Below, piece by piece: positions 17,038-29,400 of a DNA stretch of 64,000 nt (positions are counted from its first letter, which is position 1; every line of letters begins with the position of its first letter). Source of the stretch: an uncultured Actinomycetes bacterium (GTDB lineage: Bacteria; Actinomycetota; Actinomycetes; S36-B12; UBA10799); assembly GCA_963842975.1 (NCBI GenBank), contig CAWJIH010000005.1, forward strand, positions 81,715 through 145,714, in the 5' to 3' direction. The notes beneath the pieces are model-generated. The model ran no database searches. It was given only the letters and a program-made list of their open reading frames with translations, and had not been told where the DNA came from. Position numbers and translations under genes: made by a program.

Positions 17038-18272
17038 GCGCACCGCGCCGAGTTGTCCTACTCGGCTCCACCGGATCTATCGGCACGCAGGCCCTCGAGG
17101 TTGTTGATACCCACCCAGGCGAATTCGAGATCGTCGGGCTCGCTGCTGGCGGCAGTAGCGTCGCCTTGCTGGCGGAGCAGGTGCTGGCCTATGCCCCGCG
17201 GATAGTCGGCGTCGCCAAGGCCAGTTCCGTGCAGGACCTGCAGTTGGCCCTCTATGCCGAGGCCCGCGCCCGTGGCTACAGCGCCGGGGAGTTCATGCTG
17301 CCAAGAATCGTGGCCGGTCCGCAGGCCGCCGCGGAGGTCGCAGCCACAGACTGCGACGTGGTGCTCAACGGCATGACCGGATCGGTCGGGCTGGGACCCA
17401 CACTGGCGGCGTTGAAAACCGGTGCCACTTTGGCGTTGGCCAACAAAGAATCCCTGGTCGCGGGTGGGCCCTTGGTCAAGGCGGCCGCTCGACCAGGCCA
17501 GATCGTTCCGGTGGATTCCGAACACTCGGCCCTCGCGCAGTGTTTGCTGGCGGGCACCCGCGCGGAAGTCCGCCGACTCGTGCTCACCGCCTCGGGTGGG
17601 CCGTTCCGCAACGCCACGCAGGCCGAACTCGACGCCGTGACCCCGGAACAGGCCTTGAATCACCCCACCTGGGATATGGGTCCGGTGGTCACTGTGAACT
17701 CGGCCACGATGGTCAACAAGGGGCTGGAAGTGATTGAGGCCCACCTGCTGTTCGACGTTGACTATGCCGATATCGACGTGGTGATTCACCCGCAGTCGAT
17801 GGTGCATTCGATGGTGGAGTTCGTCGACGGATCGACGCTGGCCCAGGTGAGCCCGCCGGACATGCGCCTGCCGATTGCGTTGGGGATGACGTGGCCGCGC
17901 CGACTTGCAGCCGTATCGCCCGCCTGCGACTGGACCAAAGCATCCGAATGGGCCTTCCTCCCGCTGGATCCGCAAAGGTTTCCTGCCGTTGCGCTGGCGA
18001 AATCCGCAGGGGCTGCCGGGGGTACCGCCCCAGCGGTCTTCAATGCAGCCAACGAAGTCTGTGTGGCGCAGTTCCTGGCGGGGAACATTGGCTTCACCGC
18101 AATTGTTCGCTCCGTGTCCGAAGTCCTCGCGGCCCACACCGCGGGAACTAGCTTCGTGCCTGGAACCGCCATGACCCTCGCCGACGTCGCAACTGCGGAG
18201 GCGTGGGCCCGTGCCGAGGCCGAGCGCATACTGAACACCCACCACAATGGTGGTGAGGAGCCGCGAACGTGA
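17034..18272 (+). CDS. dxr: 1-deoxy-D-xylulose-5-phosphate reductoisomerase
   Basis: VVLLGSTGSIGTQALEV, LANKESLV, DSEHSA and NHPTWDMGPVVTVNSATMVNKGLEVIEAH. GTGA overlap with the upstream stop. Confidence 0.95.
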   Translation: MSAPRRVVLLGSTGSIGTQALEVVDTHPGEFEIVGLAAGGSSVALLAEQVLAYAPRIVGVAKASSVQDLQLALYAEARARGYSAGEFMLPRIVAGPQAAAEVAATDCDVVLNGMTGSVGLGPTLAALKTGATLALANKESLVAGGPLVKAAARPGQIVPVDSEHSALAQCLLAGTRAEVRRLVLTASGGPFRNATQAELDAVTPEQALNHPTWDMGPVVTVNSATMVNKGLEVIEAHLLFDVDYADIDVVIHPQSMVHSMVEFVDGSTLAQVSPPDMRLPIALGMTWPRRLAAVSPACDWTKASEWAFLPLDPQRFPAVALAKSAGAAGGTAPAVFNAANEVCVAQFLAGNIGFTAIVRSVSEVLAAHTAGTSFVPGTAMTLADVATAEAWARAEAERILNTHHNGGEEPRT

Positions 18273-18285
18273 GTACGGAGCGCAC

Positions 18286-19581
18286 ATGATGTTGACACTG
18301 CTGGGCATCACGATCTTCGTGCTGGCGATTCTGGCCTCGATCGCCCTGCACGAACTTGGCCACCTCACCCCGGCCAAGAAATTCGGGGTCAAGGCCACCG
18401 AATATTTTGTCGGCTTCGGGCCCACCGTGTGGTCGACGAAGCGAGGCGAGACCGAATACGGGGTCAAGGCGATCCCCTTCGGCGGCTACGTCCGCATGAT
18501 TGGGATGTTCCCGCCGGCCGCGGATGGGTCGGTGCGTTCCAGCAGTACCGGCCGACTCGGGCTGTTGATGGAGCAGGCACGCAAAGACTCAGAAGCCGAA
18601 GTGCTCACCGAGGCCGATCGCAAGCGCACCTTCTACAACCTCAGCGTGCCCAAGAAACTCACCGTCATGTTCGGCGGGCCGGTGATGAATCTGATCTTGG
18701 CAATTCTGCTGTTCACCCTGATGTTCGTGGGGTTCGGGCTTCCGGCGCCTTCGTTGACGGTGTCCAACGTGACCGAATGTGTACCGACGAGCGCCTTGGA
18801 CGACGGCACGTGCGCGGCCGGCGAGACGCCAAGCGCGGCCGCTGCCGCGGGAATCGAACCCGGCGACACCATCACTGCCCTCAACGGTCAACCCGTGGAT
18901 TCTTGGGAAGCTTTCACCACCGAGTTGCGCTCCACAGGTCCTGGGGAAAGTACGGTCACCGTCGAGCGGGACGGGCAGACCCTGGCGCTGCCGGTGGAAC
19001 TCACACTGACTCCGCGGCCGGTGATTGTGGATAACCAAGACACTGGTGAAACGGAACTTCGACCCTTCCTCGGCGTCGGTCCGACCTTCGTGCTCGAGCC
19101 GCAACCGCTCACCGCGGTGCCTGGCGAAGTGTGGAATCTCACCGTGCGATCCGCCGTCGCACTAGCCACCTTTCCGGCGAAGTTGGCAGGAGTCGCCGAA
19201 GCGGCGTTCTCCGACGGCCAGCGTGATCCCGAGGGGCCGATCGGTGTGGTCGGTGCCTCGCGGATCTCTGGCGACGTCGCTGCTGCGGACCTGCCCGGAA
19301 CCTGGAAAGCGGCGCAACTGATCGGGATCATCGCCTCGGTCAACCTGTTCCTGTTCCTGTTCAACATGATTCCGCTGCTACCACTCGATGGTGGGCACAT
19401 CGCGGGCGCGCTGTACGAGGGGGGCCGACGGAAGTTGGCTACCTGGCGCGGGCAGCCAGACCCGGGCCCGGTTGACGTGGCCCGGCTGCTGCCGGTGGCG
19501 TATGGCGTGGCGATCGTGCTGATCGGCGTCAGCCTGCTGCTGCTGTACGCCGACATCGTGAGTCCGGTGCGGATCACCTAG
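18286..19581 (+). CDS. M50 family site-2 zinc metalloprotease (RseP/Rip1-like)
   Basis: HELGH zinc motif in the first TM helix, an internal PDZ-like region, and C-terminal NLFLFLFNMIPLLPLDGGH. Confidence 0.9.
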   Translation: MMLTLLGITIFVLAILASIALHELGHLTPAKKFGVKATEYFVGFGPTVWSTKRGETEYGVKAIPFGGYVRMIGMFPPAADGSVRSSSTGRLGLLMEQARKDSEAEVLTEADRKRTFYNLSVPKKLTVMFGGPVMNLILAILLFTLMFVGFGLPAPSLTVSNVTECVPTSALDDGTCAAGETPSAAAAAGIEPGDTITALNGQPVDSWEAFTTELRSTGPGESTVTVERDGQTLALPVELTLTPRPVIVDNQDTGETELRPFLGVGPTFVLEPQPLTAVPGEVWNLTVRSAVALATFPAKLAGVAEAAFSDGQRDPEGPIGVVGASRISGDVAAADLPGTWKAAQLIGIIASVNLFLFLFNMIPLLPLDGGHIAGALYEGGRRKLATWRGQPDPGPVDVARLLPVAYGVAIVLIGVSLLLLYADIVSPVRIT

Positions 19582-19681
19582 CGGTTCCCGGAGAGTCGCG
19601 CGCGCATGATCCGAGGCTGCGTTGGCTCGACCCAGGGGCGATAATGACAACGGCCAACGCGTGATGAGGAGTGTTTCAGAT

Positions 19682-20839
19682 ATGACGGTTGAACTGGGCA
19701 TGCCAGCCCCCGCCACTGTGGCGCCTCGGCGCAAGACCCGCCAACTCACCCTGAACCATCCGACCCACCCGGTAAAAGTCGGTGGTGACGCCCCGGTCAG
19801 TGTGCAGAGCATGACCACCACCGTGACTGCGGATGTCAACGCGACCCTGCAGCAGATTGCCGAACTCACCGCGGCCGGCTGCCAGGTAGTTCGGGTTGCC
19901 GTGCCAAGCCAAGATGACGCCGATGCGCTGCCGCAGATTGCGCGGAAGTCAGGCATCCCGGTGATCGCCGATATCCATTTCCAGCCCAAGTATGTGTTTG
20001 CTGCGCTTGACGCCGGTTGCGCCGGGGTGCGCGTCAACCCTGGCAACATCAAGAAGTTCGACGACAAGGTGGGCGAAATCGCCCGGGCCGCGGCCGATGC
20101 CGGAACGCCCATCAGGATCGGCGTGAATGCCGGATCCCTGGATCCCAGGTTGCTGGCGAAGTACGGAAAGGCCACCCCGGAAGCGCTAGTGGAGTCGGCG
20201 CTCTGGGAAGCGTCGCTGTTCGAAGAACACGACTTTCGCGACATCAAAATCTCGGTCAAACACCACGACCCGGTGGTCATGATCAAGGCCTACCAGCAGC
20301 TTTCGGCAGCCTGCGACTACCCGCTTCACCTTGGCGTGACTGAAGCTGGACCTACCTTTCAGGGGACCATCAAGTCTGCGGTTGCCTTCGGGGCGCTGCT
20401 GTCGCAGGGAATCGGCGACACGATCCGGGTGTCGCTGTCGGCCCCGCCGATCGAAGAGGTGCGCGTCGGTATCCAGATTCTCGAGTCGCTGAATCTCAAG
20501 GAACGCGGGCTGGAAATCGTGTCCTGCCCCTCGTGCGGTCGTGCGCAAGTCGACGTCTACACCCTCGCTGAACAAGTGACGGCAGGCCTGGAAGGTTTGG
20601 ACGTGCCACTACGAGTGGCGGTCATGGGTTGCGTTGTCAATGGGCCGGGTGAGGCGCGAGACGCCGATCTAGGCGTGGCGAGCGGCAACGGCAAGGGGCA
20701 GATCTTCGTCAAGGGTGAGGTCATCAAGACCGTTCCTGAGGCGCAAATCGTGGAGACCCTCATCGAAGAGGCCATGCGCTTGGCCGAAGGTATGGCCAAC
20801 GAGGGCGACGAAAGTTCGCCGGTGGTGACAGTCGGCTAA
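19682..20839 (+). CDS. ispG: 4-hydroxy-3-methylbut-2-enyl diphosphate synthase
   Basis: [38 protein letters not shown], and C-terminal SCPSCGR...[10 protein letters not shown] Fe-S cysteines. SD GAGGAG upstream of ATG 19682. Confidence 0.95.
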   Translation: MTVELGMPAPATVAPRRKTRQLTLNHPTHPVKVGGDAPVSVQSMTTTVTADVNATLQQIAELTAAGCQVVRVAVPSQDDADALPQIARKSGIPVIADIHFQPKYVFAALDAGCAGVRVNPGNIKKFDDKVGEIARAAADAGTPIRIGVNAGSLDPRLLAKYGKATPEALVESALWEASLFEEHDFRDIKISVKHHDPVVMIKAYQQLSAACDYPLHLGVTEAGPTFQGTIKSAVAFGALLSQGIGDTIRVSLSAPPIEEVRVGIQILESLNLKERGLEIVSCPSCGRAQVDVYTLAEQVTAGLEGLDVPLRVAVMGCVVNGPGEARDADLGVASGNGKGQIFVKGEVIKTVPEAQIVETLIEEAMRLAEGMANEGDESSPVVTVG

Positions 20840-20882
20840 GGACGCGGATCACCCCCGGCGGTGGGACGGATGGTCTTGGACA

Positions 20883-21707
20883 ATGCAAGTTCGACGACTC
20901 AGCGATGCCGACCTCCCCGACGTCAACGCCTTGTTGGCGGCCGATCCCGTCGCCAATTGCATGCTGCGCTGGCGGGTAAGTGCCAGCGGCATCAACCGGA
21001 TCGGCGGCGACGTGCTCGCGGCGGTGGACCGGCGGGAACTCCGTGCAGTGGTGCATGTGGGGGGCAACATGATTCCCGCGGCCGGATCTGACCCAGTCGC
21101 CCTCGCCGCCGTGGCTGCCCACATCAGCAGCCTGCCGCGTCGCAGTGCCTCGGTAGTGGGGTTGGCCGGTGATGTGCGAGTGCTGTGGCAGGCCCTGCAG
21201 CCGGGATGGGCGCCGGCCCGGGAAGAACGCATGGATCAACCGCTCATGGTCGCAAACCGCCCGCCTTCGGTGCTCCCAAACACCGACGTCCGGTTGGCCG
21301 AACCGATCGATGCCGCACTGCTCTACCCGGCCACGGTGGCCATGTTCACCGAAGAAGTAGGGATCTCGCCGCTGGAAGCCTCCAGCGAAGCTGCCTACCG
21401 CGCCCGGTTGATGTGGCTGATCCGACAACAGCGGGTGTACTGCACGTTTGACCGCACAGGGGTGGCGTTCAAAGCCGAGATCGCCGCGGTCACCCCGGAG
21501 GTATGCCAGGTGCAAGGGGTGTGGGTGCGGCCAGATCTGCGGGGCCGCGGCATAGGCTCAGCCGGAATGGCCGCAGTGGTGGCTGCCGCCAGCAAACCTG
21601 CGCGGCGCGTTAGCCTCTACGTCAACCACTACAACACCGCAGCCATCGCGGCCTACCAGCGAGCCGGTTTCACTCAGGTGGGCACGATGGCATCGGTGCA
21701 CTTCTAG
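20883..21707 (+). CDS. GNAT-family N-acetyltransferase with N-terminal DUF4081-like region
   Basis: C-terminal acetyl-CoA motif VRPDLRGRGIGSAGMAAVV...AAIAAYQRAGF. Sits at the same position as the mycobacterial GNAT next to ispG. Confidence 0.7.
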   Translation: MQVRRLSDADLPDVNALLAADPVANCMLRWRVSASGINRIGGDVLAAVDRRELRAVVHVGGNMIPAAGSDPVALAAVAAHISSLPRRSASVVGLAGDVRVLWQALQPGWAPAREERMDQPLMVANRPPSVLPNTDVRLAEPIDAALLYPATVAMFTEEVGISPLEASSEAAYRARLMWLIRQQRVYCTFDRTGVAFKAEIAAVTPEVCQVQGVWVRPDLRGRGIGSAGMAAVVAAASKPARRVSLYVNHYNTAAIAAYQRAGFTQVGTMASVHF

Positions 21708-21766
21708 CGGCCCTCGCGCCGGTAGGGTGACGGAACTGCTGTCAAATCCTCCGGGAGGCCCCGCGC

Positions 21767-23536
21767 ATGTTGCTGCGTATGTCGTCTTTGTTCTTGCGTA
21801 CGCTGCGGGAAGATCCGGCCGATGCTGAAGTTCCCAGCCATCGACTGCTCGTTCGGGCCGGCTATGTGCGTCGGGTGGCGCCAGGGATCTTCAGTTGGCT
21901 GCCGCTCGGAGTCCGAGTGCTGCGGCAGGTGGAAAACGTGGTGCGGCAGAACATGGATTCGTCCGGTTTCCAAGAGGTCCACTTCCCGGCGCTGCTGCCG
22001 CGCGACTTGTATGAGGTGACGGGTCGCTGGGACGAATACGGCGATACCCTCTTCCGGTTGTCCGATCGGCGAGGTGGGGACTACCTGCTCGGGCCGACCC
22101 ACGAAGAGATGTTCACCGACCTGGTCAAGTCCACCTACTCGTCCTACCGCGACCTGCCGGTGTCGCTCTATCAGATTCAGACGAAGTACCGCGACGAAGC
22201 CAGACCCCGCGCTGGGATCCTACGGGGACGCGAGTTCGTGATGAAGGATTCCTATTCGTTTGACCTGACCGACGCTGGACTCGACATCTCCTACGCCCAA
22301 CACCGGCGCGCCTACCAGGCCACCTTCGCCGAACTCGGCCTCGACTATGTGATCGTCTCGGCCCAAGCCGGTGCGATGGGCGGGTCGAAGAGCGAGGAGT
22401 TCCTAGCCCCGAGTGTGAATGGCGAAGATACCTTCGCCCGCTGTGCATCGTGCGGATACGCCGCGAACACCGAGGCCGTCATCACCGTGCCGCCGGCTGA
22501 GGTCGACCACAGCCAGATTCCTGCCGCGCACGTGGAGGACACCCCCGACACCCCGACGATCGACACCTTGGTGGCTATCTCAAACGAGCGGCCAGAGCTC
22601 AGTAGGCCGGATCGAGCATGGCACGCTGCCGACACCCTCAAGAACGTGGTCGTGATGCTGACCTACCCGGACGGCTCAGCGCAGCCGCTCGCGATTGGGC
22701 TCCCCGGTGATCGGGAAGTGGATCTCAAACGGCTGGAGGCCGCGGTACATCCGGCTGAAGTTCGCACGTTCGAGGAAGACGACTTTGCCGCCCACCCGGA
22801 CTTGGTGAAGGGCTACATCGGCCCCGGCGCCCTTGGCACCGACTCGGCTAGTGGCGTCCGCTACCTGCTCGACCCGCGAGTGGTCCCGGGGACCCGCTGG
22901 ATCACCGGGGCCAACAAGCCCGGCAGACACGTCTTCGACCTCGTGGCAGGCCGGGACTTCACCGCCGACGGCGTGATCGAGGCCGCAGAGGTGAAGCCTG
23001 GTGACACCTGCCCAGAGTGCGGAGGTGCGTTGGCACTCGACCGGGGAATCGAGATCGGACATATTTTCCAACTCGGGCGCAAGTATGCCGAGGCACTCGA
23101 CCTCACCGTGCTTGACGAACGAGGCAAATCCCAGGTGGTCACCATGGGTTCATATGGCATCGGAGTCTCGCGGGCGGTTGCTGCCATCGTGGAGCAGAGC
23201 CACGACCAGCGCGGCATCATCTGGCCGCGCTCGGTGAGCCCGGCCGACGTGCACGTGGTGGCGGCCGGCAAGGACGACGCGATCTTCGAATCGGGTGAAG
23301 TGCTCGTATCTGGGCTGGTGCAGGCCGGCCTCACGGTGCTCTACGACGATCGCCGCGGCCCCTCCGTTGGTGTGAAGTTCAACGACTCTGAACTGCTCGG
23401 GGTGCCCACGATTGTGGTGGTCGGCAAGCGACTCGCCGACGGTGTGGTGGAGATCAAGGATCGCCGCACGGGTGAGCGCCACGACGTGGAACTGGCCTCC
23501 GCGGTGGCGCACATCGTTTCGCTGGTGCGCGAGTAG
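21767..23536 (+). CDS. proS: Proline--tRNA ligase (bacterial type with INS editing domain)
   Basis: [67 protein letters not shown] and [15 protein letters not shown]. 589 aa. Confidence 0.95.
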   Translation: MLLRMSSLFLRTLREDPADAEVPSHRLLVRAGYVRRVAPGIFSWLPLGVRVLRQVENVVRQNMDSSGFQEVHFPALLPRDLYEVTGRWDEYGDTLFRLSDRRGGDYLLGPTHEEMFTDLVKSTYSSYRDLPVSLYQIQTKYRDEARPRAGILRGREFVMKDSYSFDLTDAGLDISYAQHRRAYQATFAELGLDYVIVSAQAGAMGGSKSEEFLAPSVNGEDTFARCASCGYAANTEAVITVPPAEVDHSQIPAAHVEDTPDTPTIDTLVAISNERPELSRPDRAWHAADTLKNVVVMLTYPDGSAQPLAIGLPGDREVDLKRLEAAVHPAEVRTFEEDDFAAHPDLVKGYIGPGALGTDSASGVRYLLDPRVVPGTRWITGANKPGRHVFDLVAGRDFTADGVIEAAEVKPGDTCPECGGALALDRGIEIGHIFQLGRKYAEALDLTVLDERGKSQVVTMGSYGIGVSRAVAAIVEQSHDQRGIIWPRSVSPADVHVVAAGKDDAIFESGEVLVSGLVQAGLTVLYDDRRGPSVGVKFNDSELLGVPTIVVVGKRLADGVVEIKDRRTGERHDVELASAVAHIVSLVRE

Positions 23537-23552
23537 CTCCCGGCAGCCGTGC

Positions 23553-23999
23553 CTAGTTGCCTGCGGCCGGCGGGATCGGTTCGGTGCCGGGAAATGCTTG
23601 CTCCTCGGCGCCCCAGGTGAGGGCGCGAACGGCGGCTGCCTGCGCCGTGCTGGTGCAGTAGGGCCGGTCGGTTTGGACCACTGCGCCGGCGACCGCCGAC
23701 CATCGAGGTACCAGGGCCAACTCCACTTCGGCCGCCAGCGCGGCGGCATCCGATTCGGATTGGTACGGCGGCAGGTCGAAGGCGGCAGGTGCCGGTGGCG
23801 GTGCTTCGCCGGTGGCCCCGATGCGGGCACGTAGCCAGTCGCGCTCGGCTCGATGGGCAGTCAGCGCAGCAAGAGCGTAGGGCCGCTGGTCGACGGCCAC
23901 CCACGCAGTCAGCGCGCCATAGGCAAACACCGCTGCGTATTCCGCCGTCAGCGCGGCCACCAGTGCGCCAGCACCTCCGGGGGGAACTTCCACAGTCAT
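23553..23999 (-). CDS. Ferritin-like DUF4439 family protein
   Basis: 148 aa, Ala-rich helical (ALTAEYAAVFAYGAL...). ATGA-coupled to the upstream paralogous lipoprotein gene. Same position as the mycobacterial pair between proS and rimP. Confidence 0.6.
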   Translation of the reverse strand: MTVEVPPGGAGALVAALTAEYAAVFAYGALTAWVAVDQRPYALAALTAHRAERDWLRARIGATGEAPPPAPAAFDLPPYQSESDAAALAAEVELALVPRWSAVAGAVVQTDRPYCTSTAQAAAVRALTWGAEEQAFPGTEPIPPAAGN

Positions 24000-24463
24000 G
24001 ATTCAACCGCGAGGGCAGTGACGTGTTGTGCCTCGGAGGCGCTGATCAGACACAACAGCGAGGCCAGTTCGCTGTCGGTGGTTCGGGTGCAGGCTCCAGA
24101 GTGCAATCCAACCGCCAAGCGCTCCGCTTCGCGCAGTTGGGCCAGCACGTCGACCTGCAACGTCGGGGTTGGTGAGGAAAGCGGCGCCGCTGGCTCGGTC
24201 AGGCCCGCCCGGAGTGCCTCTGCATGAGCCAGGTGGCTTTCCAGGATTGGTTCCAGCGAAGCGGCCAAGTCGGTTCGTTGGGCTATCACTGCCTGGTAGA
24301 GGGCGATGAGGGCGAGCTCGTCGCCCAATGACTCTCTGCGTACGGGGTCAGTCGGCGAATCCGCCGAATCGCCTTCCCCCCGCGTACAAGCCGACAGCAG
24401 CGGTAGCGCCGCCAACCCTAGGCCCAGCACGGCTCTGCGGCTGGTTCGAACGGTGGTGCTCAT
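23996..24463 (-). CDS. Tat-signal lipoprotein, ferritin-like/DUF4439-related
   Basis: N-terminal SRRAVLGLGLAALPLLSAC (twin-arginine-like signal plus lipobox), then a helical domain containing ALYQAVI...SHLAHAEAL. Confidence 0.6.
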   Translation of the reverse strand: MSTTVRTSRRAVLGLGLAALPLLSACTRGEGDSADSPTDPVRRESLGDELALIALYQAVIAQRTDLAASLEPILESHLAHAEALRAGLTEPAAPLSSPTPTLQVDVLAQLREAERLAVGLHSGACTRTTDSELASLLCLISASEAQHVTALAVES

Positions 24464-24547
24464 GGCATCAGCCTAGGCGGCGCTACCCTTATCCGGTACG
24501 GCAGCGATCGGTGTCGGTGTGTCAATCGAATGGAAGGGTTTGCGCTG

Positions 24548-25006
24548 ATGGCGAAGAAGGCCGATCGTGGCAAATCGTCCAAGGTGGAACGAGTGCTCGC
24601 TCCGGTGGTCGAGGGTGCGGGCTACGATCTCGAGTCCCTCGTGGTGCGACCGGCCGGGAAACGGACCCAGGTGGTTGTGACGGTGGATGCCGATGTGGTG
24701 GACTCCGATGGCCTGGCGACGCTCTCACGCGCGGTTTCTGCCGCTCTTGATGCCTCCGAGGTGATGGGCGAGCAGGCCTACACTTTGGAAGTGACGTCTC
24801 GAGGGGTGGGGACTCCGCTCACGCTGGCCCGCCACTGGCGTCGCAACGTTGGCAGGCTGGTGGCAGTGCATCTCGACGATGGCACCGGATTCGAGGGCCG
24901 GCTCACCGCAGCGGATGAGGTCGGCGCTGTGGTGGAAGGCCGACGGGTTGACTTCGCCGATGTGGAGCGGGCCGTGGTGCAGGTCGAGTTCGGAGATGAG
25001 GACTAG
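24548..25006 (+). CDS. rimP: Ribosome maturation factor RimP
   Basis: Lies immediately upstream of nusA. VEGAGYDLESLVV...LEVTSRGVGTPL is typical of RimP. SD GGAAGGG precedes ATG 24548. An alternative ATG lies at 24530. Confidence 0.85.
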   Translation: MAKKADRGKSSKVERVLAPVVEGAGYDLESLVVRPAGKRTQVVVTVDADVVDSDGLATLSRAVSAALDASEVMGEQAYTLEVTSRGVGTPLTLARHWRRNVGRLVAVHLDDGTGFEGRLTAADEVGAVVEGRRVDFADVERAVVQVEFGDED

Positions 25007-25996
25007 ATGGACATCGACGTCAACGCACTCAAGGCGCTGGTGCGCGAAAAGAACATGTCGCTCGACGTCGTGGTGGCATCGATCGAAGAGGCGCTACTTG
25101 TGGCGTATCGGCACACTCCAGGTGCGAGCAGTCGGGCGCGGGTGGAGCTTGACCGACGCACCGGACACGTCGTGGTGTGGGCGGGTGAAACCGATGACGA
25201 CGGCAACCTGGTCGGCGAATACGACGACACACCGAGCAACTTCGGTCGGATCGCGGCCACCACCGCAGGTCAGGTGCTGCGTCAGCGGCTGATGGAAGTC
25301 ACCGATTCGGCCACCGTCGATGAATTCGCCGGTCGGGTCGGGTCGTTGGTGTCCGGCCTGATTCAACAGGGGCGCGACGCCACCAAGGTCTTCGTGGACC
25401 TAGGCGATGGCATCGAGGGTGTGATCCCGCCCACGGAGCAGGTGCCCGGCGAGCAATACCAGCACGGCCAACGGATCAAGGCGGTCGTCACCGAGGTGCG
25501 CCGGGGCCCGCGTGGACCGGTCATCACCTTGTCCCGGACTCACCCGGATCTGATTCGGCGGCTTTTTGCGTTGGAATCCCCCGAGATCGCCGACGGTACG
25601 GTCGAAATCGTGGCGGTTGCCCGGGAAGCTGGGCACCGGAGCAAAATAGCGGTCCGGCCGACGGTCCCCGAGGTGAACGCCAAGGGTGCCTGTATTGGGC
25701 CGATGGGGCAGCGGGTCCGGGCCGTCACGTCGGAGTTGCATGGGGAAAAGATCGACATCATCGACTTCGATGAGGATTCGGCAACCTACGTGGGCAATGC
25801 ACTGTCGCCATCCCGAGTGGTCTCTGCTCGCGTTGTCGATCCGGTGGCACGAAGTGTGCAGGTCATCGTTCCGGACTACCAACTCTCGCTCGCGATCGGC
25901 AGGGAGGGCCAAAACGCCAGACTGGCGGCACGGCTCACTGGATGGCGGATCGACATCAAACCCGACTCTGCGCCCGCTGCCGACGACATCCGGTGA
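25007..25996 (+). CDS. nusA: Transcription termination/antitermination factor NusA
   Basis: S1 and tandem KH domains ([62 protein letters not shown]). Confidence 0.95.
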   Translation: MDIDVNALKALVREKNMSLDVVVASIEEALLVAYRHTPGASSRARVELDRRTGHVVVWAGETDDDGNLVGEYDDTPSNFGRIAATTAGQVLRQRLMEVTDSATVDEFAGRVGSLVSGLIQQGRDATKVFVDLGDGIEGVIPPTEQVPGEQYQHGQRIKAVVTEVRRGPRGPVITLSRTHPDLIRRLFALESPEIADGTVEIVAVAREAGHRSKIAVRPTVPEVNAKGACIGPMGQRVRAVTSELHGEKIDIIDFDEDSATYVGNALSPSRVVSARVVDPVARSVQVIVPDYQLSLAIGREGQNARLAARLTGWRIDIKPDSAPAADDIR

Positions 25997-26325
25997 AGGG
26001 GGTAGACTCGGCGTCGCAGGTGGAGCCAGGCACCCCGATCCGAACGTGTATCGGGTGCAGAGTCAAAGCCCGCAAGACCGATCTGTTGAGAGTCGTGGGT
26101 CAAGGTTCCCGAGTGGTTCCGGATCCCACTGCTGTGCATCCGGGCAGGGGAGCGTACCTCCACCCAGATGTGGGCTGCTACACACTCGCAACTCGCAGGC
26201 GAGCTTTCGCCCGCGCGTTGCGCATCACCGGAGAAATCGACACCACGTCCCTCCGCGCAGCACTCTCCCCGGATCATTCCGACCAGCCGCAAGTGTCAAG
26301 GGAGCACAGGATGAGCACCCCATGA
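25993..26325 (+). CDS. ylxR: YlxR/DUF448 family RNA-binding protein
   Basis: RTCIGCR...LLRV...PDP....GRGAYLH motif. GTGA overlap with the nusA stop. Canonical nusA-ylxR-infB order. Confidence 0.8.
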   Translation: MKGVDSASQVEPGTPIRTCIGCRVKARKTDLLRVVGQGSRVVPDPTAVHPGRGAYLHPDVGCYTLATRRRAFARALRITGEIDTTSLRAALSPDHSDQPQVSREHRMSTP

Positions 26326-26401
26326 ACGGGCAACCATGAAGTCATCGTCATACCACTGACGGCTCGGTCGCTGTGCGCGCCCCGGGCCAGAACGGAGAGA
26401 A

Positions 26402-29400
26402 GTGTCCAAGGTCCGGGTTTATGAAGTCGCAAAAGAATTAGGTATTGAAAGCAAGGAAGCAGTCGCCAAGCTTCGGGAACTTGGCGAATTCGTGAAGAGC
26501 GCCTCGTCCAGCATCGAGGCTCCAGCCGCCAAAAAGTTGCGCGCCGCGTATGCCGGCTCCGCTCCGGCGGAGGCCCCGGCGAAGGCACCGGCGAAGAAGC
26601 CTCGCCCCACCCCGAAGTCTGCCGCCCGCCCGGCGGCTACGCCAGCGTCAGCGCCGAAACCGTCGGCTACTCCAAGCCCGGCATCGCCTGCTTCGATCAT
26701 CGGAGCAACTCCGGCCGGCAAGAAGCCAGCAGTGCCGGCGGCTCCAGCCGCGTCAACGCCCGCTCCGCCGGCAACCGAGGTTCCCACGACAGCGGCACCG
26801 GCGCCATCCCCAGCCCAGCAACCGGCGCAGCCAGTTGCCCAACCGGCGGCACCGCAAACCGCGCCCGCCGCACCGTCGCCTGCGAGCGGCACGGTGCCGG
26901 CACCAGTTCCGGGACGCCCCGCCGGCCCGGCGCCGCGCAAGCCTGCAGCGGCCCCGGCGGCCCCGGCATCAGCCCCTGCAGCCAAAGCTGGAGAGGCACC
27001 ACGTCAGGGCGCAAAACCCGCTGCCGGAGCGTCGACCCCCGGAACTGCTGCCCCTGCCGGTGGACGCGGACCAGCACCATCGTCTGGGGCCCCTCGGCCC
27101 ACCCCGGGTACGCCCGGAAAACGGCCAGGCAACCGTCCTGCCGGCGGATCGCGTCCGGGCAACAACCCGTTCAGCAGCAGCCAAGGAATGCGCGCGAGCG
27201 GACCCCGTCCGGGCAACAACCCATTCAGCAGCAGCCAAGGCATGAAGCCGGATGCACCGGCACCTGGCGGTCCGCGACCCAACCCGAACATGATGCCTCC
27301 CCGGCCACGTAAACCAGCCGCTCCCGCGGGACGCGGTGGACCGCGTCCTGGAGGCGGCAGAGATGGCCGTCCCGGCGGTGGCGGCGGAGGCGCCGGCCGT
27401 GGTGGGCAATCCAGCGGCGGTCAGCGTCCCGGCGGCGCACCGACGACGGCGGGACGTCCCGGCCAAGGCAGGCCAGGCGGCGGCGGACCCGGCAGGCCGG
27501 GTCAAGCAGGAGGGGCGTTCGGTCGACCCGCGGGTCCGGGTGGACGCTTTGGCGGACGTCCGGGTCGCAAGAGTCGCAAGTCCAAAAGGGCGAAGCGGCA
27601 AGAATTCGACAACATGGCAGCACCCACGCTCGGTGGCGCAAAGGTCGCCATGGGCGATGGGCGCACGATCCGTCTACCACGTGGCGCTTCGTTGACCGAC
27701 CTCGCGGAGCGCATCGACGTCAATCCGGCGGCGCTGGTAGCAGCCCTGTTCAGCCTCGGCGAGGTGGTGACCGCCACCCAATCTGTTGGTGACGAAACCC
27801 TGGAACTGCTTGGTGCGGAGCTCAACTACGACATCCAGGTCGTCTCACCAGAGGACGAGGATCGCGAGTTGCTCGGCCGATTCAACATCGAATTCGGCGA
27901 AAACGAAGGCGACCTCGACGATCTCCAGTCGCGTCCGCCGGTGGTCACCGTGATGGGTCACGTCGACCACGGAAAGACCAAACTGCTGGACGCCTTGCGT
28001 CACACCAACGTGGTCAGCGGTGAGGCCGGCGGCATCACCCAGCACATCGGCGCCTATCAGGTTCGCGCCCATCCGGGCGAGGACTCCGAGCGGGCAATCA
28101 CCTTCATCGACACCCCAGGTCACGAGGCGTTCACCGCGATGCGTGCCCGGGGAGCGAAGGTAACCGACATTGCGATCCTGGTGGTCGCAGCCGACGACGG
28201 TGTGAAACCTCAAACAATTGAGGCCCTCAACCACGCCCAAGCCGCCGATGTGCCGATCGTGGTCGCAGTCAACAAGATCGACAAGGAAGGCGCAGACCCG
28301 ACGAAGGTGCGCGGCCAACTCACCGAATACGGGTTGGTGGCTGAGGAGTACGGCGGCGAGACGATCTTCGTCGACGTTTCCGCGTTGCAGCGGCAGGGTA
28401 TCGACGAGTTGCTCGAGGCCGTGCTGCTCACCGCAGATGCCACGCTGGACTTGCAGGCCAACCCCGATCAAGACGCGCAAGGTGTTGCGATCGAGGCCCA
28501 CCTCGACAAAGGCCGTGGTCCGGTGGCCACGGTGCTGGTGCAGCGCGGCACGCTGCGTCCGGGTGACTCGATCGTGGCCGGCGACGCCCACGGCCGGGTG
28601 CGGGCCATGCTCGACGAGTTCGGCAACACCCTCGCTGAGGCGACGCCGTCCCGGCCGGTGCAGGTGCTGGGCTTGACGTCCGTGCCCGGTGCCGGCGACA
28701 CCTTCCTGGTGGTGGAAGAAGACCGGGTCGCCCGGCAAATCGCCAACACCCGGCAGGCTCGCGAGCGCAACGCGCAACTGGCGCAGAGCCGTGGCCGTCG
28801 CACGCTGGAGGACTTCCTCAAGCAGGTCGAGCGCGGTGTCGTCGAGGAACTCAAGCTGATCCTCAAGGGCGACGTGTCCGGTTCGGTGGAAGCGCTGGAA
28901 GACGCGTTGGTGAAACTGGAAGTTGGCGACGACGTCTCCCTCCGGGTTATCCACCGCGGTGTCGGTGCCATCACCGAGAACGATGTCACCCTCGCCAGCG
29001 CCTCAGATGCGGTGATCATCGGGTTCAACGTCCGACCAGAAGGCAAGGCCCGCGAACTCGCTGAGCGGGAAAACGTCGACGTGCGCTACTACAGCATCAT
29101 CTACCAGGCCATCGAGGACGTGGAAGCTGCGCTCAAGGGCATGCTCAAGCCGGAGTTTGAGGAAGCTCAACTCGGCACCGCCGAAGTGCGCGAAGTCTTC
29201 CGGTCGTCGAAGTTCGGCAACATTGCCGGTTGCCTCGTGCGGTCAGGCCTCATCAAGCGCAACTCAAAGGCTCGGTTGGTGCGCGACGGTGTGGTGGTCG
29301 CGGACAATCTCGGCGTGCAGTCGCTGCGGCGATTCAAAGACGACGTCACCGAGGTCCGCGAGGGCTACGAGTGCGGTATCGGCTTGGGGTCGTTCAACGA

